Positions 9,156 through 18,813 of a stretch of 29,428 bases of DNA are shown in pieces (the stretch's first letter is position 1; each line of letters starts with the position of its first letter). The translations under genes were made by a program, and so were the position numbers. The notes under the pieces were generated by a model that was given only the letters and a program-made list of their open reading frames with translations, did not search any database and was not told the DNA's origin. Source of the stretch: Candidatus Fervidifonticultor quintus (GTDB lineage: Bacteria; Sysuimicrobiota; Sysuimicrobiia; Sysuimicrobiales; Humicultoraceae); NCBI GenBank assembly GCA_031459535.1, contig JAVKIJ010000037.1, positions 1-29,428 on the forward strand, in the 5' to 3' direction.

Positions 9156-10021
9156 ACACGCGGGCGTGGTTGCGCCAGCGCCTGGCGGACGGCCCGATTC
9201 TGATGGCGCCGGGGGTGTTCGACGCACTCTCCGCGAAGGTGGTCGAGCAGTGCGGGTTCGAGGCGGTCTACGCGAGCGGCGGGGCGATCTCGCGCAGCAT
9301 GGGCTTCCCCGACCTGGGACTGGTGACCATGTCCGAAATGCTGGAGCGTATCGCGCGGATCTGCGAGGCCACGGCCCTCCCGGTGATCGCCGACGCCGAC
9401 ACGGGCTACGGCAACCCCCTCAACGTCCACCGCACGGTTCGGGAGTGGGAGCGGGCGGGCGTTGCAGCGCTCCACCTGGAGGACCAGGTCACGCCCAAGC
9501 GCTGCGGGCACTACGCCGGGAAGACGCTGATCGGCACCGACGAGATGGTGCAGAAGATCCGGGCCGCCACCGAGGCCCGCCGCGGGGATCTCGTCATCAT
9601 CGCGCGCACCGACGCCCGAGCGGTGGAGGGCCTGGAGGGAGCCCTGCGACGCGCGCAGGCCTATCGAGAGGCCGGCGCCGACGTGCTCTTCGTGGAGGCG
9701 CCCGAATCGCTCCAGGAGATCGAGCAGATTGCGCGGGCGCTGTCGGGTCCGCTCATGATCAACATTTTCAAGGGAGGAAAGACGCCGGTCGTTCCCACCG
9801 CCGACCTGGATCGGATGGGCTACCGGCTGGCCATCTTCCCCAGCGAGCTGCAGCGGGCGGCGCTCTACGCCATGTTCGCATGTGGCCGGCATCTGCGGAC
9901 CGCGGGCACGGTTGACGGATTCGATCTGGTGGCCTCGTTCCAGGACCGCGAGGCCACCGTGGACGCCGCGCTGTGGAACGAACTCAGCGAGCGCTACGCG
10001 ACGCCCACAACGGACCGGTGA
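9152..10021 (+). CDS. Isocitrate lyase/PEP mutase superfamily C-C lyase (2-methylisocitrate or 2,3-dimethylmalate lyase-like)
   Basis: PGVFD, GFPDLG, DADTGYG, LEDQ..PKRCGH catalytic loop, ARTDA and FVEAP motifs; ATG 9152 in an ATGA overlap. Confidence 0.9.
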   Translation: MNTRAWLRQRLADGPILMAPGVFDALSAKVVEQCGFEAVYASGGAISRSMGFPDLGLVTMSEMLERIARICEATALPVIADADTGYGNPLNVHRTVREWERAGVAALHLEDQVTPKRCGHYAGKTLIGTDEMVQKIRAATEARRGDLVIIARTDARAVEGLEGALRRAQAYREAGADVLFVEAPESLQEIEQIARALSGPLMINIFKGGKTPVVPTADLDRMGYRLAIFPSELQRAALYAMFACGRHLRTAGTVDGFDLVASFQDREATVDAALWNELSERYATPTTDR

Positions 10022-10028
10022 GGGACGT

Positions 10029-11456
10029 ATGACGACTGCGACGCACGGCGGTACCACGGCCATCACCCGGCGCCTGGCGGAATGGGTAGCCGCGCTGCGG
10101 GAAGAGACCATCCCGCCCGCGGTCATCCGTCATGTGAAGCTGGGACTGCTGGACACGCTGGGGTGCGGGTTGTTCGGCAGCACCCTGCCGTGGGGTCAGA
10201 CCGTGATCACATTCACCCGGACGCTCGGCCGCGGGGAGGAGGCCACGATCTGGGGCGACGGCACCCGGGTGCCAGCCGCCAACGCCGCGCTGGCTAATGG
10301 CACGCTCGTCCACGCCTTCGAGATGGACGACCTCCACGCGAGCGGGGTGCTGCATCCCGGCGCGGTCTCGGTCACCGCCGCGCTGGCCGTCGGCGAGCGT
10401 CGAGAGCGCGCTGGTGGTCCGCCCATCTCTGGCCGGGGGCTCCTGCTGGCGCTGGTGGCGGGGTACGAGGTCGGCGCGCGGGTAGGCCTGGCCTGCGGCT
10501 ACGCGGCGCTCAAACGAGGCTTCCATCCAGCAGCGACCACCGGGGTGTTCTGTGCGGCCGCTGCGTCGAGCCGCATCCTGGGGCTGGACGCCGACGCCAC
10601 CCAGGACGCGCTGGGCACCGCTGGCACTCAGGCGAGCGGGCTGATGGCGGCCCAGTACGGCTCCATGGTGAAGCGGATGCACATGGGCCGCAGCGCCCAG
10701 AGCGGGATCTACGCCGCCGACCTGGCGGCCATGGGATTCCGCGGCGTGCGCGAGGTCCTCGACGCGCCCTATGGGGGGTTCCTGAGCACGCTGGTCGGGG
10801 ACGCGGCAGACCCAGCGGTGATCACGGACGGGCTCGGTGAGCGGTACGAACTGCTGGGGACAGGCTTCAAGATCTACCCTTCGTGCGGTAGCTCGCACAC
10901 CACCGTGGACGCCCTGCTAGCGATCAAGGCGCGCTGCCCAGAGCTCTCCCCAGATCTGGTAGCCTCCGTCGTGGTGTGGACGACTACCAGCACCCGGGAC
11001 CACGTGGGCTGGCCATATGTGCCGGACACCGTGACCTCGGCGCAGATGAACCTCCCGTATACGGTCGGGGCACTCCTGGTCGACGGCGGCCTCACCGTGG
11101 AGTCGTTCGCCGAGCACCGACTGCGCGATCCCAGGATCCTGGCGCTGGCGGACCGGGTGCGCGTCGACGTCGACCCGGCCTTTGATGCCCTGGGGCGCGA
11201 GGGACGACACACGGTTCGCGTACAGGTCAGGCTCACCGATGGCCGCCTGTTCGAGGAGACGCGCAGCAAGGCCCGTGGGACCGCTGACGTCCCTCTCACC
11301 GAGGACGATCTTGCGGGGAAGTTCCTCGACCTGGCCGGCCGGGTCGTGGGGCGGCCGCGGGCCGAACGGATTCTGGACATGGTGCGGCATTGTGAAGAGA
11401 TTCCGGCTGTCGTGCCACTGGTCAGTGAACTCATCGGGAAGGGGGAGCAGAGATGA
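10029..11456 (+). CDS. MmgE/PrpD family protein (dehydratase/epimerase/decarboxylase)
   Basis: LLDTLGC, NGTLVHAFEMDDLH..HPG, GYEVG, GFH, KRMHMG and FKIYPSCGSSH motifs. Start ATG 10029 follows a GAGGG RBS. Confidence 0.9.
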   Translation: MTTATHGGTTAITRRLAEWVAALREETIPPAVIRHVKLGLLDTLGCGLFGSTLPWGQTVITFTRTLGRGEEATIWGDGTRVPAANAALANGTLVHAFEMDDLHASGVLHPGAVSVTAALAVGERRERAGGPPISGRGLLLALVAGYEVGARVGLACGYAALKRGFHPAATTGVFCAAAASSRILGLDADATQDALGTAGTQASGLMAAQYGSMVKRMHMGRSAQSGIYAADLAAMGFRGVREVLDAPYGGFLSTLVGDAADPAVITDGLGERYELLGTGFKIYPSCGSSHTTVDALLAIKARCPELSPDLVASVVVWTTTSTRDHVGWPYVPDTVTSAQMNLPYTVGALLVDGGLTVESFAEHRLRDPRILALADRVRVDVDPAFDALGREGRHTVRVQVRLTDGRLFEETRSKARGTADVPLTEDDLAGKFLDLAGRVVGRPRAERILDMVRHCEEIPAVVPLVSELIGKGEQR

Positions 11457-12442
11457 GATACGACCGATGGTGGATGTGGATGCTGGCGCTCCTGGGGCTG
11501 GCGCTGGCAGGCCCCGCGGGCGCCGGGCCTTCGGGATGGCAACCGATGGCCATGGTGGAACTGGTTCCGGCCGGCGACCCCGGCGGCGGGCTTGACATCC
11601 ATGCCCGGATCATCGCCGAGGTGTTCCGCAAGGAGAAGATCCCGCCCCAGCGCTTCATCATCAATAACATGGGTGGCGCCGGCGGCAACACCGCCCGCGC
11701 CTACCTGAACCAGAAGCGCGGCGACCCCCACGTTCTGGTGGTCGAGAGCAACCGCGCGTACCTGGCCGAGCTGCTGGGCACCACGAAACTGCGGTTGAAC
11801 AAGGATTTCCTGCCGGTCTCGCGCCTGACCGCCGACTACATCGTCTGGGCGGTGCGCAAGGACTCCAGGTTCAAGACCGGCAAAGAAATCCTCGACGCCG
11901 TCAAGCAGAACCCGGCGTCCGTCAGCTTCGGGGTCGGCACCGTCCCCAGCAACGACCAGTTCCACATCATCCGGGCCGTGCGGAGCGTGGGCGTGGGGCC
12001 CACAGCGGTGCGAATCACGGCGTTCCGTGCAGGTGGCGACCTCATGGCGCAACTGCTGGGCGGCCACGTCCAGGTCATCTCGACGGGCCTGTCCGAAGCC
12101 ATCGCACAACACGAGGCCGGGGAAGTCCGCATCCTGGCCGTGACCGCGCCGCGGCGCCTGTCGGGCAACCTGGCCAGCATCCCGACCTGGAGGGATCAGG
12201 GCCTCGACCTGGTCATCGAGCACTGGCGGGGCATCTTCGCACCTCCAGACATCCCCAAGGAGGCCCTGGCCTTCTGGAGCGATGCGTTCAACCGGATGCG
12301 CCAAGCCGAGTACTGGGAGGGGCTGCTCCGGCGGTACAACCTCTTCGACGCCTATCAGCCGGCCGAACAGTTCGCGCGGTCCCTGGAGCAGGAACGCGAG
12401 CAGGCCCTGGCGTTGCTGAAGGACCTGGGAATCGTCAAGTAG
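11453..12442 (+). CDS. tctC: Tripartite tricarboxylate transporter substrate-binding protein (TctC/Bug)
   Basis: Signal peptide; VPAGDPGGGLDI.AR, N.GGAGG, LLGGHV, IPT..DQG and WRGIFAP motifs. Confidence 0.9.
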   Translation: MRYDRWWMWMLALLGLALAGPAGAGPSGWQPMAMVELVPAGDPGGGLDIHARIIAEVFRKEKIPPQRFIINNMGGAGGNTARAYLNQKRGDPHVLVVESNRAYLAELLGTTKLRLNKDFLPVSRLTADYIVWAVRKDSRFKTGKEILDAVKQNPASVSFGVGTVPSNDQFHIIRAVRSVGVGPTAVRITAFRAGGDLMAQLLGGHVQVISTGLSEAIAQHEAGEVRILAVTAPRRLSGNLASIPTWRDQGLDLVIEHWRGIFAPPDIPKEALAFWSDAFNRMRQAEYWEGLLRRYNLFDAYQPAEQFARSLEQEREQALALLKDLGIVK

Positions 12443-12500
12443 CCGTGGGGCGCGAACGCCCGGTCACCAGACCGTACACGACGCCGGCGGGGTGAACCCG

Positions 12501-12944
12501 ATGCCCGTGCGTGCAGACCGCGGGTTCGTCGTCGTCCTCCTGGTCGTCTGCGTCGCCTATGCGTTCGAGGCGACCCGAATCTTCAACCCGCCGGCTGTCG
12601 CCGACCCTCTGGGACCCCGGGCGTTCCCGCTCTTCCTGGGTCTGGCAGGCATCGCGCTCGCCGCCGCCATCGTGCGAGACCGGTCGCCGCGCACGGGTCC
12701 GGAGGTCACCCGACAGACCCTGCGCGCGTTGGCCGGCATTCTGGCCGCCATGGCCGCCTACGCGGTGCTCCTGCCGAGGCTCGGCTTCATTCTCACGACG
12801 ACCGCCCTGCTGGGCGTAGGGTTCCGCTACACCGGAGGGCGCCGGCCGCTGGTTCCGGCAGCGGCGGCTGCGCTGGCCATCTACCTGCTCTTCACGCGGC
12901 TGCTGGACCTGCGCCTGCCGCGCGGGATCCTCCCCTGGCTGTGA
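12501..12944 (+). CDS. tctB: Tripartite tricarboxylate transporter small membrane subunit
   Basis: Four hydrophobic helices; DPLGPRAFP, LGF and LF..LL.L.LP.G motifs; lies between tctC and tctA. The start may instead be GTG 12492. Confidence 0.88.
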   Translation: MPVRADRGFVVVLLVVCVAYAFEATRIFNPPAVADPLGPRAFPLFLGLAGIALAAAIVRDRSPRTGPEVTRQTLRALAGILAAMAAYAVLLPRLGFILTTTALLGVGFRYTGGRRPLVPAAAAALAIYLLFTRLLDLRLPRGILPWL

Positions 12945-12960
12945 GCAGGAGGCGGGTACC

Positions 12961-14457
12961 GTGTCGGTGACGTCGCAGCTGCTGGCCGGATTCGGCACGG
13001 CGCTCACGCTCGAGAACCTGTTCTCGGCCCTGCTCGGCTGCCTGCTCGGCACCGTGGTCGGCGTCCTCCCCGGGCTCGGTCCCTCCACCACCGTGGCGCT
13101 GCTGATCCCGGTGGCCTTCGCCGTGGACCCGGACACGATGCTCATCATGATGTGCGGCGTCTACCTGGGCGCCATGTACGGTGGCTCGCTCACCTCGATC
13201 CTGCTGCGGGTGCCCGGTGAGGCGTCGTCGGCCATGACGGCCCTCGACGGCTTCGAGATGGCCAGACGCGGCCGCGCGGGGCAGGCCCTGGCCATCTCCG
13301 CCATCGGCTCATTCATCGGCGGCACCATCTCGGTGGTGGCTCTGACGCTGGTGGCGGCTCCTATCGCGCGTGCCGCGCTCACGTTCGGCCCTTCGGAGTA
13401 CTTTGCCCTGATGGTCTTCGCCCTGGTCATGTCTGCCACGCTCATCGGCCGGTCACTGACCCGGGGCCTGCTCGCCGTGATCCTGGGCGTCATGCTGGCC
13501 ATGGTCGGCTCTGACCTGCAGACCGGCGTGCCGCGGTTCACGTTGGGGCTGGGGCCTCTGCTCGACGGCATCGATGTGGTGGTGGTCATCATCGGCGTGT
13601 TCGGGGTCGCCGAAGTGCTGAACTACCTGCTCCACGAGCGCCAGCTCACCGGTGAGCGCCTGGCCATCCGGGGTCGGGTGTGGCTCTCGCGCGACGACTG
13701 GCGGCGGTCCATCGCGCCGATCGGTCGCGGGACACTGGTGGGATTCCTGGCCGGGGTCATGCCCGGCTCGGGGAGCACCATCGGGTCCATGCTCGCGTAC
13801 GCGGTCGAAGGCCGGTTCGGCCGGGCGAGGCGACAACTGGGTACCGGCGCCATCGAAGGCGTAGCGGCGGTGGAGACCGCCAACAACGCGGCCACCGGCG
13901 GCGCCATGATCCCGATGTTCACGCTGGGCATTCCGGGCTCGGGGACGACCGCGGTCCTGCTGGCCGTCCTCCTGATGTATGGCGTGCAGCCGGGACCCCG
14001 ACTGATGACCCAGCAGGCGCAGCTCTTCTGGACGGTTATCGCATCGCTCTACCTCAGCAACGTCATCCTGCTGATCCTGAACCTGCCCCTCATTCCGCTG
14101 TTCGTGCGCATCCTGGACATCCCCATGAGGTTCCTGATGCCGGCCATCGGCGTGTTCGCGGCCGTCGGCGCCTACTCCATCAACGGCGCCGTCGCCGACG
14201 TATGGCTGGTGTTCCTGTTCGGCCTGCTGGGCTATGCGATGCGGTGGGCCGGGATGCCGCCGGTCGCCCTGGTGTTGGGCATGGTGCTGGGCGAGCGGCT
14301 GGAACAGTCACTGCGCCAGGCCTTCATCCTCAGCAACCGGTCCTTTGCGTTCCTGGCCCGGCCGATCACGCTGACGCTGCTGGTCGCCACAATCGCCATC
14401 GTGGCCCTGGACATGACAACGAAGATCCGCGAAGCGCGCCGGCACAGGGGGGGTTGA
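12961..14457 (+). CDS. tctA: Tripartite tricarboxylate transporter large membrane subunit
   Basis: GTVVGVLPGLG, YGGS..SIL..PG, DGF.MA..G, E.ANNA and TLGIPGS motifs; GTG start with an AGGAGG RBS. Confidence 0.93.
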   Translation: MSVTSQLLAGFGTALTLENLFSALLGCLLGTVVGVLPGLGPSTTVALLIPVAFAVDPDTMLIMMCGVYLGAMYGGSLTSILLRVPGEASSAMTALDGFEMARRGRAGQALAISAIGSFIGGTISVVALTLVAAPIARAALTFGPSEYFALMVFALVMSATLIGRSLTRGLLAVILGVMLAMVGSDLQTGVPRFTLGLGPLLDGIDVVVVIIGVFGVAEVLNYLLHERQLTGERLAIRGRVWLSRDDWRRSIAPIGRGTLVGFLAGVMPGSGSTIGSMLAYAVEGRFGRARRQLGTGAIEGVAAVETANNAATGGAMIPMFTLGIPGSGTTAVLLAVLLMYGVQPGPRLMTQQAQLFWTVIASLYLSNVILLILNLPLIPLFVRILDIPMRFLMPAIGVFAAVGAYSINGAVADVWLVFLFGLLGYAMRWAGMPPVALVLGMVLGERLEQSLRQAFILSNRSFAFLARPITLTLLVATIAIVALDMTTKIREARRHRGG

Positions 14458-14459
14458 CG

Positions 14460-14936
14460 ATGACCGTTCGGGACCTGCTACTCGACCATCTCGAAGTCAC
14501 CTTCGAGAAAGAGACCTGGCAACCGCCGTTGGGGATGGCCGTCGCGGGCCTGACCGCGCGCCAGGCCGCCTGGAAACCATCGTCGGAGCGGCACTCGATC
14601 TGGCAGATCGTCCGGCACGTGCTCCTGTGGAAGCAGGGCGCGCTCGACGCCTGGGAGGGCAAAGTGGTTTCCGCGGAGGACCTCGAAGGCAGGGACTGGC
14701 AGGAGGTCGCTGGCGACGACGCGGCCTGGCAGGCCGATGTCCGCGCGCTGGAAGAGATCACGGGCCGGATCAAGGAGCGCGTACGGGCCCTCGACGACGG
14801 CGCGCTGGCGCAGCGCATCCCGACATACGCAGGCGAGCCGGACCAGACCCTGGCCATCCGCCTGGCGCGAATGGCGACCCACGACATCTACCACGCCGGG
14901 CAGATCCGGTATATCCGCGCGCTGCAGGGCCTCTAG
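14460..14936 (+). CDS. DinB/YfiT-like four-helix metalloprotein
   Basis: HSIWQIVRH and HDIYHAGQI motifs; ATG 14460 lies 2 nt after the tctA stop. Confidence 0.85.
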   Translation: MTVRDLLLDHLEVTFEKETWQPPLGMAVAGLTARQAAWKPSSERHSIWQIVRHVLLWKQGALDAWEGKVVSAEDLEGRDWQEVAGDDAAWQADVRALEEITGRIKERVRALDDGALAQRIPTYAGEPDQTLAIRLARMATHDIYHAGQIRYIRALQGL

Positions 14937-14967
14937 CGATCCCGAGCGCCGGCGGGGCCCCGGCGTA

Positions 14968-15777
14968 TCAGGTCTCGCGCCGGCCGGCCATGAGCGCGCT
15001 CAGGAGGTCGGGCCGGTCGGTCTTGAGGGCGTCCACCCCGAGGGCGATCAACCTGCCCATTGCCGCATCCACACCGGCGGTGTAGATGTAGACAGCGAGC
15101 CCGTGGCTGTGGGCGGCGGCCACATTGGCCTCGGTGGCCGCATAGATCTGCGGAGAGATCACATCGAAGCCCGCCCGGGCTGCGTACGCGCAGTCCTTGC
15201 CGATGTCTGGGGCCAGCACCGACCACTGGGTGGGGACCTGCGGGCAGGCCTCGCGCACCCAGGCCAGGACCGCAGCGCCGAAGCCCGAGATCATCACCCG
15301 GTCCAGGGCGCCGGCCCCCTCGGCCAGGGTCAGCACGCGTTGCGCCAGGGGCACGGAGACGCTGGGGTCCTCTGTCACGGTGCCGCCAAGCCATCCCGCC
15401 GTGATGCCTCCTTTGATCTCTACATCCAGCAGGGCGCGCCCGGCGAACCGCTCGAGCACCTCCCGCAGGCGTGGAATGCGGGTGCCTCGGAACGCGTCGC
15501 CAAACCGGACCCCGGCGTCCAGGGTCTGCAACTCGCGCCACGTCATCTCCGCCACATCGCCCCTCCCGTCCGTGGTCCGGTCCACGCGCGCGTCGTGGAT
15601 GACGACCACCTCCCCGTCCCGGGTGAGGCGCACGTCCAGTTCCAGGGCATCTGCGCCCTGGGCGCAGGCCAGCTCGAATGCCGGGATGGTGTTCTCGGGC
15701 GCATAGGCACTGGCGCCGCGATGCGCCATGCGCAGGAACCGCCGTGCCTCGACCGCGTGCCTGAACGAGCCCCTCAC
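14968..15777 (-). CDS. Glycerophosphodiester phosphodiesterase (UgpQ/GlpQ-like, cytoplasmic)
   Basis: AHRGAS..APENT, ELDV.LTRDG..VV.HD, EIK, YT and TD.P motifs. Confidence 0.93.
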   Translation of the reverse strand: MRGSFRHAVEARRFLRMAHRGASAYAPENTIPAFELACAQGADALELDVRLTRDGEVVVIHDARVDRTTDGRGDVAEMTWRELQTLDAGVRFGDAFRGTRIPRLREVLERFAGRALLDVEIKGGITAGWLGGTVTEDPSVSVPLAQRVLTLAEGAGALDRVMISGFGAAVLAWVREACPQVPTQWSVLAPDIGKDCAYAARAGFDVISPQIYAATEANVAAAHSHGLAVYIYTAGVDAAMGRLIALGVDALKTDRPDLLSALMAGRRET

Positions 15778-16859
15778 GAGATCGCGGCGCCACTGGCAGG
15801 GTCGAACAGGTAGACGCGCTCAGCAGCCACCGTCATGGTCACGTCCTGATCAGGCTCGCCCCGAAACCCATGGGGGGCCAGCACGGTGACGACCTGACGA
15901 CCGACGGTGACGGCGACCACCAGTTCCCGCCCGAGCGGCTCGACGTCCAGAATGCGACCGCGCATCTCGCCAGCCCCGCTCGCGGTGAACTGTATGTCCT
16001 CGGGCCGCAGGCCCAGCGTCACGTCGGCCCCGGCGCGGGCCGCGACCCGCTCGCGTGCGGCGTCCGGGACCGGCAGCCGCAGCGACTCGCCCTCGAGCAC
16101 CAGGCGCCCGTCGGATCGGGTGAGGTGGGCCGTGAGGAAGCTCATAGGCGGGGTGCCGATGAAGCCGGCCACGAAGGTGTTGGCCGGTCGGTAGTACAGG
16201 TCGTCCGGCGTGCCGACCTGTTGGAGGACGCCCTCGCGCAGCACCGCGATGCGGTCGGCCATAGTCATGGCTTCGACCTGGTCGTGGGTCACCAGAATGG
16301 TGGTAATACCCAGCGTCCGCTGCAACCGCTTGATCTCGGCGCGCATCAGCACCCGCAGCTTGGCGTCGAGATTGGACAGGGGCTCGTCCAGCAGCAACAG
16401 CGCCGGCTGCTTCACCAGGGCCCGGGCCAGGGCCACGCGCTGCTGCTGGCCTCCCGACAGCTGGCCGGGCCTGCGGTCGAGCAGGCCTTCGATCTGCACC
16501 AGCGCGGCCACGTCGCGCACGCGCCGGCTGATCTCCGCAGGCGGCCGGCGCTGGAGCCGCAGCGGGAACGCGATGTTATCGAACACCGACATGTGGGGAT
16601 AGAGGGCGTAACTCTGGAACACCATGCCGATGTGCCGGTCCTGCGGCGGGAGGTCGTTGACCACCACGTCATCGAACAGGATGCGGCCGCTGGTCGGCCT
16701 GTAGATCCCGGCCAGCATGAGCAGTGCCGTGGTCTTGCCGCAGCCGCTGGGCCCCAGCAGGGCCACGAACTCGCCGTCGGCCAGCGCGAGGCTCACCCCT
16801 GACACGGCGGTGACGGACCCGAACCGCTTGGTCAGACCATCGAGCACGATCCTGGCCAT
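15774..16859 (-). CDS. CUT1 carbohydrate ABC transporter ATPase (MalK/UgpC-like)
   Basis: Walker A GPSGCGKTT, VFQSYALYPHM, LSGGQQQR, DEPLSNLDAKLR and a C-terminal OB domain. Confidence 0.95.
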   Translation of the reverse strand: MARIVLDGLTKRFGSVTAVSGVSLALADGEFVALLGPSGCGKTTALLMLAGIYRPTSGRILFDDVVVNDLPPQDRHIGMVFQSYALYPHMSVFDNIAFPLRLQRRPPAEISRRVRDVAALVQIEGLLDRRPGQLSGGQQQRVALARALVKQPALLLLDEPLSNLDAKLRVLMRAEIKRLQRTLGITTILVTHDQVEAMTMADRIAVLREGVLQQVGTPDDLYYRPANTFVAGFIGTPPMSFLTAHLTRSDGRLVLEGESLRLPVPDAARERVAARAGADVTLGLRPEDIQFTASGAGEMRGRILDVEPLGRELVVAVTVGRQVVTVLAPHGFRGEPDQDVTMTVAAERVYLFDPASGAAIS

Positions 16860-16866
16860 GGCCGTC

Positions 16867-17823
16867 CTACGCCTTGGTCCCGCCCAGGGTGAGCTGCATC
16901 AGGTGCTTCTGCGTGAACAGGAAGAACAGCAGGCTCGGAATCATGTAGAACACCCCGACGGCAGCCATGAGTCCGTAGTCCACGAACCGGTACTCACCGA
17001 TGATGGCGTTGAGGTACAGGGCCATGGTCCAGCTGCTCCGGCGCAGGATGAAGGTAAGCACGAAGATGTAGTCGGTCCACCCCCACAGGAACGAGAACAT
17101 GGCGATGGCGCCCATGCCGTTGCGCACCTGGGGCAGAAGCACCGCGTACCAGGCCCGCAGGCGGCTCGCGCCGTCGATCAGCGCCGACATCTCCACGTCC
17201 CACGGGATCCCATCGAAGAACCCCTTCATCACGAATAGCGCGAAGGGAAGGTGCAGACTGGCGATCACCAGGATCACGCCGGCCACACTGTTGAGCAGGT
17301 TGAGAGTCCGGAGCAGAATGAACAGGGCGACGAGCAGCGTGATCCCTGGGAACGCCTGCAGCATCAGCGCGCCCTTCAAGAACGTGGCCCGGCGCCGGAA
17401 GTCGTGGCGGGACACGAGGTAGCCCGCCAGCGTCGCCACCACCACCACGATGATGGTGGTCCCGGCGGCCAGGACCAGCGAGTTCCAGACCACCTGCCAG
17501 ATGTTGGGCAACCGGCCGGTCGTCCCGGTGACGAAGCCCAGGTTGGCCACCCAGAGGAACCGCCAGTTCTGCAGGGTGAAGCCGCTGGGCAACAGACCGT
17601 AGCTGACGCGCTGGCTGAACGCCGCCGCCACCAGCCAGGCGTAGGGGATAAGAATGGGCAGCGAGAGCAAAGCCAGGGCGGTGTAGGTAGCCGCCCGGCC
17701 CGCGGCCTCGCGGCGCCGGGCCCGGCGTGCCAGCGCGGCCACGTCGGCCGGCGTGCGCCACGGCTGCCAGCGGGGTGCGGCGGCTTCCGCCGTCGCCAGC
17801 TGCGGAACGACGGTCCGTCGCAT
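16867..17823 (-). CDS. Carbohydrate ABC transporter permease (MalG-like)
   Basis: EAA-loop region IPWDVEMSALIDGAS; multiple TM helices. Confidence 0.92.
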   Translation of the reverse strand: MRRTVVPQLATAEAAAPRWQPWRTPADVAALARRARRREAAGRAATYTALALLSLPILIPYAWLVAAAFSQRVSYGLLPSGFTLQNWRFLWVANLGFVTGTTGRLPNIWQVVWNSLVLAAGTTIIVVVVATLAGYLVSRHDFRRRATFLKGALMLQAFPGITLLVALFILLRTLNLLNSVAGVILVIASLHLPFALFVMKGFFDGIPWDVEMSALIDGASRLRAWYAVLLPQVRNGMGAIAMFSFLWGWTDYIFVLTFILRRSSWTMALYLNAIIGEYRFVDYGLMAAVGVFYMIPSLLFFLFTQKHLMQLTLGGTKA

Positions 17824-18767
17824 CAGTCGCTCTCGATCTTTGGCTGTGTGATCATGCGCTCGAAGTTCAAGAAGCGCCAGTAGAACTGAGCCGCGATCGC
17901 GCCCACCACCACCAGGATGAACGCCAGCGCCGCGCCGTAGCCGTAGTCGCCGTTCTCGATGGCCCGCTTGAACACATAGAGCGCGTACACCGTGGAGTCA
18001 TAGAAGGGACCGCCGCCGGTCACCAGCAGGATGTACTCATACGAGGTCAGCAGGGCCAGCGTCTGATAGACCAGCACGAAGGTCACCGGCCAGCGGATCA
18101 GGGGCAGGACGATGTGACGCACGATCTGGAGGCCGGATGCCCCATCCACGCGGGCCGCCCGAACGTAGTCCTCGGGCACGGACTTGATGGCCGAGGTGAA
18201 GATCACCATGCCCAGCGAGGCGCCGATCAAGCCGTTGACGAGCACGATGACCAGCCACGGCGACCACGAGATGAGGTCGAGCGGCGCCAGGCCAAACCAG
18301 CTCCGCACGGTGTTGAAGAAGCCGTACTTCGTGGGATCTGCGAACCACAGCCACAGCAGCGCATAGACCACCTGGGGGGTCAACCGGGGCAACAGCCAGA
18401 CGGCCCGGAACACGGTGCCGACCCGGTCGGAAATGCTGGTCGTCATCAGGGCCAGCAACAGCCCCATGCCCACGTTGAAGCCCATCAGCGTGAAGAACAC
18501 GTAGACCACGGTGTTCAGCAGCACCCGGGGCAGCAGAGGGTCGGTGGCAAAGCCGCGGAAGTTGGCGACGCCGACCAGACGGCCCTGGAACGATGCGTCC
18601 AGATCCGTCAGCGCCAGCAACCCCGTGAGCAGGGCCGGCGCGACGAAGAACACCATGGTCAGCAGGACGAACGGCCCCAGAAACAGGACGAGGAGCACCG
18701 TCCGCCGGCGGGCCGGCTTCGCGGGCGCCGGGCCGGCGATGCTGAGCGCGGGGACCTGCGTGGCCAT
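17823..18767 (-). CDS. Carbohydrate ABC transporter permease (MalF-like)
   Basis: VG.ANF, VPEDYVRAARVDGAS and TGGGP motifs; TM helices. Confidence 0.92.
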   Translation of the reverse strand: MATQVPALSIAGPAPAKPARRRTVLLVLFLGPFVLLTMVFFVAPALLTGLLALTDLDASFQGRLVGVANFRGFATDPLLPRVLLNTVVYVFFTLMGFNVGMGLLLALMTTSISDRVGTVFRAVWLLPRLTPQVVYALLWLWFADPTKYGFFNTVRSWFGLAPLDLISWSPWLVIVLVNGLIGASLGMVIFTSAIKSVPEDYVRAARVDGASGLQIVRHIVLPLIRWPVTFVLVYQTLALLTSYEYILLVTGGGPFYDSTVYALYVFKRAIENGDYGYGAALAFILVVVGAIAAQFYWRFLNFERMITQPKIESD

Positions 18768-18780
18768 CCGTGGCCGGGAG

Positions 18781-18806
18781 GCGGCCCGGCCGGGGGGCCG
18801 GGCCGC
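18781..18806 (-). other. Intercistronic stem-loop after the binding-protein gene (mRNA stabiliser or attenuator)
   Basis: Perfect 11-bp inverted repeat gcggcccggcc/ggccgggccgc with a 4-nt loop and no U-tract. Confidence 0.6.
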
Positions 18807-18813
18807 TGGGGCC

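Noticed and set aside
9152-10021. PEP mutase indicating phosphonate biosynthesis
   Set aside because: It has the lyase-type KRCGH loop rather than the EDK-X5-NS PepM motif, and there are no phosphonate genes nearby.
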